A stretch of 64,000 nt of DNA from Candidatus Multivorans sp. GTDB taxonomy: Bacteria; Acidobacteriota; Thermoanaerobaculia; Multivoradales; Multivoraceae. Numbering within the stretch: the first letter of the stretch is position 1; each line of letters begins with the position of its first letter. Positions 47,684-56,362 of the stretch are shown piece by piece. A model generated the notes under the pieces. It worked only from the letters and a program-made list of their open reading frames with translations, searched no databases and was not told where the DNA came from. The translations under genes and the position numbers were made by a program. The stretch covers positions 1,696,001-1,760,000 of the forward strand of contig OZ251997.1 of the NCBI GenBank assembly GCA_965247095.1, in the 5' to 3' direction.

Positions 47684-49114
47684 TCACCGCCCGCGTGCCG
47701 GGGCGACGCCTCCCTCGAGCGGCAGCACGCCCCCGACGTGGTCCCGGATCCACTTCGCGTCGAACCACTCCAGCGGGTTGACGGGCAGGCCGCCGAGCAG
47801 CACGGCGAAGTGGAGATGGTCGCCGCCGGCCATGCCCGTCTGGCCGCTCAGGCCGAGCCGCTCGCCCGCCGCGACTCCCTGTCCCACTTCGACGTCGATC
47901 CGCGACAGGTGTGCATAGAGGGTCTGCAGGCCGTAGCCGTGGTCCACGATCACCGTGTTGCCGTAGATGCCGAGGTACTCCGCAAACACCGCGACGCCGG
48001 AGTTCGCCGCCGGCACCTCGTCCTGGAGTCTGGAGGCCAGATCGAAGCCAAGGTGATCCTGCGTGTCGACCACCCGGTCCTCATAGAGGTACTGCCTGCG
48101 GATCGCGAACCGGTCCATGACCTGGGTGTTCCGCATCTGCCGGAACGGTCCGCTCCAGAGCTGCCGTTTGGCGGAGTCGGATGCCACCTCGACCAGCCGT
48201 TCGGCGTTCATCGTCCGCAAGTCGCCGTTCAGCATCAGGTAGTTGTCGAGCAGGCTGCCGCGATCGGCAAGCTCCGGCGTCTCCGCCATGATCGCCGGCA
48301 CGACCCGGGCCATGAACGAGTCGCTCAGCCGGATCGTCGACGACAAGAGCGGCGACGGCTCCACCGCGCCCAGGAAGGGCGCCCTCGCCTCGTTGCCGAG
48401 TTCGTCCCGCGCCACCAGCCGGAAGGCCGATGGATCGGCGCTGTCGTAGGGCACGCCGAAAAGAACGAAACGGTCCCGAACAGTGCCTCCGGGAAGGAGA
48501 TAACCGGGGAACCAGTAGTCCCCGACCTCGACGCCGCTTTCCACAGCGCTCGCGCCGACGGTGTAGCGCAACACGCCGCTGCCGGACTGGGTTGGCGTCG
48601 CGGTCACGCCGACCGAACCGAGAGCCGGCGGGCGCAGACGGACCGGTAGCGAAAGCTCGACCACTGCCGGCGGCGGCCGCCGCAGCAACGTGCCCGGCCG
48701 CTCGACGGTGACCCGCACCGTGGCCTCGCCCTCCACCAGACTCGGCGTCGACTCGCGGCCGACTTCGACCTCGAGGACCGCCTCCCGGACCGGGTCGCCG
48801 CCGAAGGACCAGGAACTTGGGGGCGTGAGCGCTCTCTCTTCAAGCAGCAGCGATTCCCCGCCCTGGATCAGCTCGACCCGGATCGAGCCGAGGCCGCGGC
48901 CGCCGGCCCGCGCCACGGACGTCAGCATGGTGCGCGGACCGATTCCGGGGAGGTCGGCGGTGATCGTGACGTCCGGTTCCGGAGCGACCCGGAACCACAG
49001 CACCGCCGCGGCCGCGGCGAGCACAACGGCCCCGGCCGCCAGCGCGGCAGCCCAGGGCGACCGGCGGCCGCGCCCCGAACCCAGCCGGTCGGCTTCTCTC
49101 TCGCTGAGCGGCAA
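47684..49114 (-). CDS. M23 family metallopeptidase
   Basis: HLGFDLAS, YGNTVIVDHG, YAHLS, TGMAGGDHLHF; N-terminal membrane anchor. Confidence 0.9.
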   Translation of the reverse strand: MPLSEREADRLGSGRGRRSPWAAALAAGAVVLAAAAAVLWFRVAPEPDVTITADLPGIGPRTMLTSVARAGGRGLGSIRVELIQGGESLLLEERALTPPSSWSFGGDPVREAVLEVEVGRESTPSLVEGEATVRVTVERPGTLLRRPPPAVVELSLPVRLRPPALGSVGVTATPTQSGSGVLRYTVGASAVESGVEVGDYWFPGYLLPGGTVRDRFVLFGVPYDSADPSAFRLVARDELGNEARAPFLGAVEPSPLLSSTIRLSDSFMARVVPAIMAETPELADRGSLLDNYLMLNGDLRTMNAERLVEVASDSAKRQLWSGPFRQMRNTQVMDRFAIRRQYLYEDRVVDTQDHLGFDLASRLQDEVPAANSGVAVFAEYLGIYGNTVIVDHGYGLQTLYAHLSRIDVEVGQGVAAGERLGLSGQTGMAGGDHLHFAVLLGGLPVNPLEWFDAKWIRDHVGGVLPLEGGVAPARGR

Positions 49115-49239
49115 GGTCTAGCGGTCCGTCAGCCGACCTGCAGCAGCTCGACCCAGTTAACGTCTACGCCCACAGCAGCCTCCTCCCGTCGTGGCAGCGC
49201 ATGTTATCCGCATGCGGGCTCAACCGCGCGAGAGACTGT

Positions 49240-49857
49240 TCAGGGGTTGAAGCGCCGCGACTCCCTATCCCTCTGCCGCGAAAGCACACCGCGAAACAGC
49301 AGGAACAGGCCAACCGCCATGACTGCGACGGGCCAGTAGTCAAGAACCTGATCCGCCCACTCCCAGTTCGGAAAGCCCGCGATCACCAGGACGCCGCCGG
49401 GAATCAGCGGCCACCAACGGTTCGTGCGCTCGTAGAGCAGGGAGACGACGTAGATCAGGAGGAACCCGACGCCGAGGCCGAAAGCGGCACTATCGTCGTC
49501 CGCGAACGGGCCTGAGTAGAGATCGTGGAACGCCAGACCCGACCCGAGCCCGATCAGGATCCCGCCCGGGATCAGGAATCCGTACGCCCTCTTGTAGAAG
49601 TAGCCCGCCGCGAAGACTCCGCCGACCAGAATCAGGAACAGGTGCTCGTGGGCCCCGTCGAGTCGCTCGAGCGCCAGCAAGGCGCCGCCCAGGACGATCA
49701 GGGCCAGACCGGCGGCGACCTGACCGGTGAGGCCGGGCCCGGCGTCTTCGACCGGCGGGGCCGGCGGGGCCGGCGGGTCGGCGCCCGGCGGCGCCGATCC
49801 GGACTCAGTCTGTGCGGGGGTTGCCGTTGTTTCGTGGTTCATCTCGTCGTGTTCCAT
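49240..49857 (-). CDS. Small polytopic membrane protein (LiaF-TM-like repeats)
   Basis: Strong RBS, acidic/Pro-rich N-terminus, several TM segments, WWPLIPGG and YWPV motifs. Confidence 0.6.
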   Translation of the reverse strand: MEHDEMNHETTATPAQTESGSAPPGADPPAPPAPPVEDAGPGLTGQVAAGLALIVLGGALLALERLDGAHEHLFLILVGGVFAAGYFYKRAYGFLIPGGILIGLGSGLAFHDLYSGPFADDDSAAFGLGVGFLLIYVVSLLYERTNRWWPLIPGGVLVIAGFPNWEWADQVLDYWPVAVMAVGLFLLFRGVLSRQRDRESRRFNP

Positions 49858-49953
49858 CACGTGGTTCCTCCCCTCCTTCATGCACTCTACGCAGCGGAGG
49901 GCCTCGAGGTTCCAGGACAGCGAGCGAAGAACTCCGGCTGCTACGCTAGCTCC

Positions 49954-50685
49954 ATGCCTGTCTTCGAGCGGGACGAAGTCCGAATTCATTGGTCCGAGGT
50001 CGGCGCCGGCTACCCGGTGCTCCTGTTTGCGCCCGGCGGCATGCGCTCCGTCGCCGACATCTGGGGAACCAGCCCATTCGACCCCCGCCGCGAGCTGGCG
50101 CAGTCCTTCCGGGTCATCTCGATGGACCAACGCAATGCCCGCAAATCGACCGCGCCGGTGACAGCCGCCGACGGCTGGCATACCTACGCCGCCGACCATC
50201 TGGCGCTGCTCGATCATCTGGGTATCGAGACGTGCCACCTGATGGGCGGTTGCATCGGCTCCTCGTACTGCCTGGGCGTGCTTGAGGCCGATGCCTCGCG
50301 GGTCAGCGCCGCGGTGCTCCAGAACCCGATCGGCCACCACGAGAACCAGGATCTGTTCTACGCCATGTTCGACACCTGGGCCGAGGCGCTCACAGGCGAG
50401 CGCGACGACGTGGACGTGGAGTCCCTGCCACCGTTCCGCGAACGCATGTACGGCGGCGACTTCACCTTCAACGTCGATCGCGACTTCGTCGCCGGCATCG
50501 AGACGCCGCTCCTGATCCTGGCCGGAAACGACGCCTACCACCCTCGCCCGGTGGCCGAGGAGATCGCCTCGCTGGCGCCGAACAACGAGCTGATCCTCGA
50601 GTGGAAGAGTGACGACGCGGCGCCGGCAGCCGCGGCGAAGGTCAGAGCTTTCCTCGAACGCCACACGCCCCAGAGCCCGAGTTGA
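49954..50685 (+). CDS. Alpha/beta hydrolase with Cys at the nucleophile elbow
   Basis: APGGM, MDQRNA, GGCIG, GNDAYHP; extended -10 TGcTACGCT 6 nt before ATG. Confidence 0.82.
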   Translation: MPVFERDEVRIHWSEVGAGYPVLLFAPGGMRSVADIWGTSPFDPRRELAQSFRVISMDQRNARKSTAPVTAADGWHTYAADHLALLDHLGIETCHLMGGCIGSSYCLGVLEADASRVSAAVLQNPIGHHENQDLFYAMFDTWAEALTGERDDVDVESLPPFRERMYGGDFTFNVDRDFVAGIETPLLILAGNDAYHPRPVAEEIASLAPNNELILEWKSDDAAPAAAAKVRAFLERHTPQSPS

Positions 50686-50687
50686 AC

Positions 50688-52490
50688 ATGATCGGAGCAA
50701 CTCTCTTCGGCCTGCTGCTGGTCCTCGGCGCTCCACCGCAACCGTCTGCTGTGCCCGAAGCCCTGCAGGACGCTCCGGTCGGCCGCGGCGTCGGCGACCT
50801 GAGCGACGTGGTGGAAGTCACCGTGGTCAACGTGGACATCGTCGCCACCGACCGCAACGGGCGACCGGCCCGCGATCTGACGCGCCAGAACTTCCGCGTC
50901 TTCGACAACGACAAGCCGGTCGAGATCGACTACTTCGGGCGCGGCGGCGGCGGCGGCGGCGGTCCTGCCGCCATGGAGCTGCTGCACGAACCCCTGTCGA
51001 TCGCCTTCTTCTTCGACAACACGCACCTCTCGGTCGCCAGCCGCTCCGCGGTCCTCGACCAGATCAAGGCCTTCGCCCGCGGTCAGCTCGAGGCGGGCGG
51101 CGACGGCGCCCCCGTCCATGCCATGGTCGTCGCCTTCGACGGCGAGCTGCGGCTGCTCCAGGACCTGACGACCGACTACTTCGCCCTGGCCCAGGGCTTG
51201 AACCGGGCCGAAGCCGCGCACCAGGTCTTCACCGAAGCTCGGAACCTGAAGCGGCGATCCCAGGAGAGCTTCCTGCAGTTGATGGAGCAACTGAACTCCG
51301 ACCCCCGGCGCTCGGCCGGCAGCATCGGCGCGCTGCGGGCAACGCTCTCCGAGATGCTTGCGTACGCCAGGGTCGTCCAGGAGGACAGTGCCCGCACCGC
51401 AGGCGCGATCGAGGACATCGTGGACTCCCTGGCGCTGGTCCCCGGGCGCAAGGCCTTCTTCCTGATCAGCGACGGCTTTGCGGCGCGCCCCTTCGACCGC
51501 CTCTTGCAGAACATCCAGAAACGCGTTGCCGGCCGACGCGAACAGACCGGCATCGAGTTGATGGAAAGCCGCTCCGTCGACGCCCCGGAGGGCTTTGACG
51601 CCCCGAACAACCTCTACACCCGGAACTCGAACATTCAGGGCACAGCGGCCCTCACAACCACTTCCTTCCAGCAGCATCTTTCCAACTTCGACCTCAGCTC
51701 CCGCTTTTCCGAGATCGCCGCCCGCGCGAACTCGCACCGGGTCTCCTTCTACGCCTTCAAGCCTCCCGAGACCGAGGTGGCCACGGCGTCGCTCTCCGAA
51801 AGAGTGGTCGATCAGCAGAGACTGACGTACCTGTCCGATCTGCGCGGCGTGCTGCACCAACTCGCCGACGACACCGGCGGCCGCGCCTGGGTTTCGGGGC
51901 GCAACGTGGACGCGTTCTTCGACCAGGCGGCGGCCGATCTGCGCTCTTACTACTCGCTCGGCTACGTGCTCGACGAGTTCATCGAAGGCTCCATACACCA
52001 GGTCCGCGTCAAACCGCAGCCGCGGCACCTGCGCCTCAGGCACCGCACCAGCTACATCGCGCGGTCGCTCCGCGAGCGGATCGCCGAACGGACGATCGGC
52101 GCCCTCCTGCTGGGCTGGACCGAGAATCCCCACGGATTGCACATCGACAGCATCGAGTGGGACACCGGAGGAGGCGGTTTCTACGACGTCGATTTCACGG
52201 TCTCCGTACCCCTCGACAAGCTGGCGATGATCGAACAGGGCGGCAATCGCACCGACCAGGTACGGGTCGTCGCCACCGTACTGACCGAGGACGGCGAGCA
52301 ACTGGCCCCCAGCCACATCGTCCTGCCCCTGACCATCCCCGGCGGGGACTGGGCGCAGGCGAAGGACCAGTTCTTCGCCGTCAACTTCGAGTACCCGATC
52401 CCCCGCGGCCACCACCGCGTTGCCATCGGTCTCTGGGACGAGAACGGCGGCAGCGGCTCGTACATCCGCCGGGAATTCGATGTCCGCTGA
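50688..52490 (+). CDS. Secreted Acidobacterial VWA-domain protein
   Basis: VEVTVVNVDIVATDRNG.P..DLT..NF, PGRKAFFLISDG, LADDTGG, YYSLGY, LRHRTSY. Confidence 0.82.
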   Translation: MIGATLFGLLLVLGAPPQPSAVPEALQDAPVGRGVGDLSDVVEVTVVNVDIVATDRNGRPARDLTRQNFRVFDNDKPVEIDYFGRGGGGGGGPAAMELLHEPLSIAFFFDNTHLSVASRSAVLDQIKAFARGQLEAGGDGAPVHAMVVAFDGELRLLQDLTTDYFALAQGLNRAEAAHQVFTEARNLKRRSQESFLQLMEQLNSDPRRSAGSIGALRATLSEMLAYARVVQEDSARTAGAIEDIVDSLALVPGRKAFFLISDGFAARPFDRLLQNIQKRVAGRREQTGIELMESRSVDAPEGFDAPNNLYTRNSNIQGTAALTTTSFQQHLSNFDLSSRFSEIAARANSHRVSFYAFKPPETEVATASLSERVVDQQRLTYLSDLRGVLHQLADDTGGRAWVSGRNVDAFFDQAAADLRSYYSLGYVLDEFIEGSIHQVRVKPQPRHLRLRHRTSYIARSLRERIAERTIGALLLGWTENPHGLHIDSIEWDTGGGGFYDVDFTVSVPLDKLAMIEQGGNRTDQVRVVATVLTEDGEQLAPSHIVLPLTIPGGDWAQAKDQFFAVNFEYPIPRGHHRVAIGLWDENGGSGSYIRREFDVR

Positions 52491-53037
52491 ACACCGCACC
52501 GCCGCCGAGCTTGAAGCCGGCTTCGACCATGTCCTCGCCTCACCCGGCGACGGCGGCACGCTCGAGATGATCGTTCGGCGCCCGGGCACAAATCGCCGGG
52601 AAGTGATCAACGAGGGCCGGCTCACTTTCGAAGCCGGGCTCGAGGGCGACACCTGGCGCCTTCGCGACGGTTACGTCACCGCGGACGGCGCCCCCGATCC
52701 GGACGCGCAACTCACGCTGACGAACTCCCGCTTCGCCGACCTGATCGCGGGCAGCAGGGACCGCTGGCCTCTGGCCGGCGACCAGCTCTACGTCGACCTC
52801 GATCTGAGTGTCGACAGCCTGCTACCCGGCGCCAGGCTCCGGATCGGCGACGCGTCGATCGAGATCAAGGCGCTTCCCCATACGGGCTGCAAGAAGTACG
52901 CGCAGCGCTTCGGCGCCCAGGCCCTCAGGTTCACCGCCACGCCCGAAGGCAGGCGGCGCAACCTGCGCGGCGTCTACGCGCGAGTCGTCGAGCCGGGAAC
53001 GGTCCGGGTCGGCGACCCCGTGCAAAGGATCGGGTGA
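52480..53037 (+). CDS. MOSC domain protein
   Basis: GLEGD, LAGDQLYVDLDLS, PHTGCKKY, LRGVYARV..PG.V.VGD. Confidence 0.88.
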   Translation: MSAEHRTAAELEAGFDHVLASPGDGGTLEMIVRRPGTNRREVINEGRLTFEAGLEGDTWRLRDGYVTADGAPDPDAQLTLTNSRFADLIAGSRDRWPLAGDQLYVDLDLSVDSLLPGARLRIGDASIEIKALPHTGCKKYAQRFGAQALRFTATPEGRRRNLRGVYARVVEPGTVRVGDPVQRIG

Positions 53038-53450
53038 CGGAGATGACGATCACCAAGGGCATCCGGCAGCTCGTGGCCGAAGCCGACGCCGAGGTGGAGA
53101 CCGTGACGGTCGCCGAGGCCGCGGATCGTCAGCGTCAGGGGGCCTTGATCGTCGATCTGCGGGACATCCGAGAGCGGGCCCGCGACGGCTTCATCCCCGG
53201 TTCCTTCCATGCGCCGCGAGGGATGATCGAATTCTGGGTCGATCCCGACAGCCCCTACTTCAAGGACATCTTCGGCAGCGGCCCGGAGTTCATCTTTCAC
53301 TGCGCCAGCGGCTGGCGCTCGGCCCTGGCGACCAAGGCGGTCCAGGACATGGGTCTCGAGCCGGTCTGCCACATCGGCGGCGGCTTCGGGGCCTGGAAGA
53401 AGGCGGGTGCGCCGGTCGAGAAGACCGACGACGGCCGCGAAGCTCCGTAG
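53034..53450 (+). CDS. Rhodanese-like sulfurtransferase
   Basis: VDLRDIRE, PRGMIEFW, HCASGWRS, GGFGAWK. Confidence 0.9.
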   Translation: MTEMTITKGIRQLVAEADAEVETVTVAEAADRQRQGALIVDLRDIRERARDGFIPGSFHAPRGMIEFWVDPDSPYFKDIFGSGPEFIFHCASGWRSALATKAVQDMGLEPVCHIGGGFGAWKKAGAPVEKTDDGREAP

Positions 53451-53632
53451 CAACCCTCGGCAGTCGGTGGTCGAGGAATCGTGTGCCTTCCTCCAGAGCG
53501 CCTGACGGTAACGGGAGAGACGCCGCTCCACAGCCGGGAAACCGCACTCGTCCATCCGCCGTCGGACAGGACTTGGATACACCTTGGACCAGGCGAATTG
53601 CCGCACCATTGACCATTGCTGTCCCACAAACT

Positions 53633-54787
53633 TCAGAGTAGAGCGAGTTGAGTTCGCGTGTTGTTCGGGTCGGGTGGTCCGCTCGGAGGTTCGAAGAGGT
53701 CCAGCAGCGATCTTCGGTCGAACAGGTTGAGTTGCAGAAGGCGCAGGATCCGGCTCATGCTCCAGGACATCTTGTTGACGAACTTCAGGTAGGCGAGCAG
53801 GAGATGGACGCACACGGCGATCCAGATCTGCGTCATGACCGCGTTGGGCGAGGCGCCGACGAAACTCTTGATGCGCAGGTTCTGTTTGATCCACTTGAAG
53901 AAGAGCTCGACCTGCCAGCGCGCCTTGTAGATGTCCGCGATGGTCTTCGGGGCGAGGCTGAAGTTGTTGGTCAGGAACTTGTAGTGCCGGCCCGTCTCCG
54001 GGTCGCGATAGCCGACCCGACGCAACGGAATCGGGCACCGCTTGCGCCCCTTGACGCTGGTCAGCTCGATGGTCTGGTCCGACGTCACGCCCCGGCCGCG
54101 AGCGAACGAGCGCCGCTCCCGAACCGCGTACTTGACCTTGCGCTTCAGGCGGGTGACCAGGAAAACCCCTTGTGCATCAAGGTCCTTTAGCCATCCGAAG
54201 TCGAGGTACAGACGGTCCGCCGCCACGATGCTCCCCTTCGGAAGACGAAGCGACCGGGCCACCTCGAGGTCCGAGCCCTTGCCGTCGGTGACGTGCAGGA
54301 ACGACGGCAGACAGCCCTCGTGGTCGAGACCCACGTGCAGCTTCAACGCACCCTTGGTCTTGCGGTACTGCGCCCAGGGAAACACCGCCAGGCACAGGTC
54401 CACGTACGTCGCGTCCAGCGACACCAACTTGTTCCGGAACCGGAACCCATGCCCCGGCGCCGACGCCTGACAACGCCTCAGAAGGCGACCGAACAGCGCC
54501 TCGTACAGTTCGTGAGGCTGCTCTCTGTTCACCCGCGCCAGCGAAGATCGGGCTACCCGGCCAACGCCGAGATGGTACAGCTTGTGAGCCTGCGCATCCA
54601 GGTTCGACACGATGTCTCGCAGACTGCGCCGCCCGGAAAGCTGCGCCGTCGCCATCGCTACGAACTGGCCCCAGCGGCTCATCGAGCGCAGCTTGCGTCC
54701 CCTGTGATGCCGCCGGGCCTCCCGCTCGAACTCATGTCTCGACACCAGCTTGAGGAACTGGCCAAGTACGGTACTATTGTGCGCCAT
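53633..54787 (-). CDS. IS4 family transposase (DUF4372 + DDE), element A
   Basis: LDATY, KLH, ADRLY, FLTN, YKARWQVELFFKWIKQNL; RBS aaggag. Confidence 0.93.
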   Translation of the reverse strand: MAHNSTVLGQFLKLVSRHEFEREARRHHRGRKLRSMSRWGQFVAMATAQLSGRRSLRDIVSNLDAQAHKLYHLGVGRVARSSLARVNREQPHELYEALFGRLLRRCQASAPGHGFRFRNKLVSLDATYVDLCLAVFPWAQYRKTKGALKLHVGLDHEGCLPSFLHVTDGKGSDLEVARSLRLPKGSIVAADRLYLDFGWLKDLDAQGVFLVTRLKRKVKYAVRERRSFARGRGVTSDQTIELTSVKGRKRCPIPLRRVGYRDPETGRHYKFLTNNFSLAPKTIADIYKARWQVELFFKWIKQNLRIKSFVGASPNAVMTQIWIAVCVHLLLAYLKFVNKMSWSMSRILRLLQLNLFDRRSLLDLFEPPSGPPDPNNTRTQLALL

Positions 54788-54857
54788 GGGTCTGGATCTC
54801 CTTGCCGTCATTGGCTTTGCTTGAACACCAATCATACGACAAGGCACGGTTCAGACC

Positions 54858-56133
54858 CAGTGCTGTCCCACAAACTTCAGCGCAGTGCGAGTTGAGTCTG
54901 TGCGTTTCTGGGATCAGGGGGTCCGCTCCGGGGTTCGAACAGGTCCAGGAGCGGTCTTCGCGCGAACAGGTTGAGTTGCAGGAGGCGCAGGATTTCGCTC
55001 ATGGTCCAGGACATCTTGTTGACGAACTTCAGGTAGGCGAGCAGGAGATGCACGCACATGGCGATCCAGATCTGGGTCATGACGGCATTGCGCGAAGTGC
55101 CGACGAAGCTCTTGATGCGCAGGTTCTGCTTGATCCACTTGAAGAAGGTCTCGATCTGCCAACGCTGCTTGTAGATGGCCGCGATGGTCTTCGGAGCGAG
55201 CCTGAAGTTGTTGGTGAGGAACGCGTAGAACTTCTTCGTGTCGGGGTCGCGATAGCCGACTCGACGCAGCGGAATCGGACACCGGGCGCGGCCTCTGACG
55301 CTGGTCAACTCGATGATCTGGTCCGAGGTCACGCCCGTCCCAGGCGCGAACGACCGCCGCTCTCGAACCGCGTACTTGATCTTGCGCTTCAGCCGAGTGA
55401 CCAGGAAAACCCCTTGTGCATCAAGGGATTTCAGCCACTCGAAGTTGAGGTACAGCCGGTCCGCAGCGACGATGCTTCCCTTCGGCAGACGAAGGGACCG
55501 CGCCACCTCAACGTCCGACCCCTTGCCGTCCGTGACTTGCAGGAACGCCGGCAGAAAGCCTTCGTGGTCCAGCCCCACGTGGAGCTTCAGCGCCCCCTTC
55601 GTCGTGCGGTACTGCGCCCACGGAAACAGCTCCAGGCACAGGTCCACGTACGTCGCATCCAGCGAGAACAGCTTGTTGTGGAACCGGAACCCGTGCCCCG
55701 GCGCCGTCGTACGGCATCGCGCCAGCAAACGACCGAACAACGCCTCGTAGAGACCGGAGGGCTGCTTCTCGTTGACGCGCGCCAGCGACGACCGGGCCAC
55801 CCGGCCCACGCCAAGGTGGTAGAGCTTGTGAGCCTGCGCGTCCAGGTTCGACACGATGTCGCGCAGGCTGCACCGCCCGGAAAGCTGGGCCGTCGCCATC
55901 GCTACGAACTGGCTCCAGCGGCTCATCGAGCGCAGCTTGCGTCCCCTGTGGTGCCTTCCCGCCTCCCGCTCGAACTCATGTCTCGACACCAGCTTGAGGA
56001 ACTGACCGAGTACGGTACCATTGTGCGCCATGGGTCTGGATCTCCTTGCCGTCATTGGCTTTGTGTGAAAACCAATCATACGACAGGGCACGATTCAGAC
56101 CCATCCTGACCCTCCGTTTGTGGGACAGCACTG
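54858..56133 (-). mobile_element. IS4-family element B (1276 bp) inserted inside element A
   Basis: Perfect 18-bp TIRs 54858-54875 / 56116-56133; 9-bp TSD gttcagacc at 54849-54857 and 56134-56142. Confidence 0.95.
54877..56031 (-). CDS. IS4 family transposase, element B (diverged paralogue of A)
   Basis: Same motifs as A with many substitutions; YKQRWQIETFFKWIKQNL. Confidence 0.93.
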   Translation of the reverse strand: MAHNGTVLGQFLKLVSRHEFEREAGRHHRGRKLRSMSRWSQFVAMATAQLSGRCSLRDIVSNLDAQAHKLYHLGVGRVARSSLARVNEKQPSGLYEALFGRLLARCRTTAPGHGFRFHNKLFSLDATYVDLCLELFPWAQYRTTKGALKLHVGLDHEGFLPAFLQVTDGKGSDVEVARSLRLPKGSIVAADRLYLNFEWLKSLDAQGVFLVTRLKRKIKYAVRERRSFAPGTGVTSDQIIELTSVRGRARCPIPLRRVGYRDPDTKKFYAFLTNNFRLAPKTIAAIYKQRWQIETFFKWIKQNLRIKSFVGTSRNAVMTQIWIAMCVHLLLAYLKFVNKMSWTMSEILRLLQLNLFARRPLLDLFEPRSGPPDPRNAQTQLALR

Positions 56134-56306
56134 GTTCAGACCCATCCTTCCTCCCCGTTTGTGGGACAGCACTGACCATTGACATAGTGTTCACTTCCTG
56201 ATATTGAAGACAGCATATCTGTTTTCGGGCGGGCGAGAAAGTCCATCTTGTGGACAGAGGATTCGTCGCGCGACGGCCCAGCCATGCTCACTCCCCGCTC
56301 CCGCGA

Positions 56307-56362
56307 AACTATCGTGAAAACAAGTAAGGGACATAACTATCGTGAAAACAAGTAAGGGACAT
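56307..56362 (+). repeat. 28-bp perfect tandem duplication at the start of the giant gene
   Basis: aactatcgtgaaaacaagtaagggacat at 56307-56334 and 56335-56362. Confidence 0.9.

Larger units (their letters stand above)
53614..56174 (-). mobile_element. IS4-family element A (1276 bp when reconstructed), interrupted by element B
   Basis: 18-bp TIRs cattgctgtcccacaaac (53614-53631) / gtttgtgggacagcactg (56157-56174); 9-bp TSD accattgac at 53605-53613 and 56175-56183. Confidence 0.93.

Noticed and set aside
260-52652. Numerous long antisense or alternate-frame ORFs (e.g. 2514-4565, 26825-29032, 31466-33763, 45162-47660, 50535-52652)
   Set aside because: Shadow ORFs expected in high-GC DNA opposite well-supported genes; no family motifs
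53451-53604. Glycine riboswitch-like words (ggagaga, ggaaac)
   Set aside because: The conserved ccgaag and ctctcagg core elements are missing and no matching downstream gene is present
53614-56174. Composite transposon carrying cargo, or simple tandem IS dimer
   Set aside because: The TIR and TSD arrangement shows nesting, with no passenger DNA
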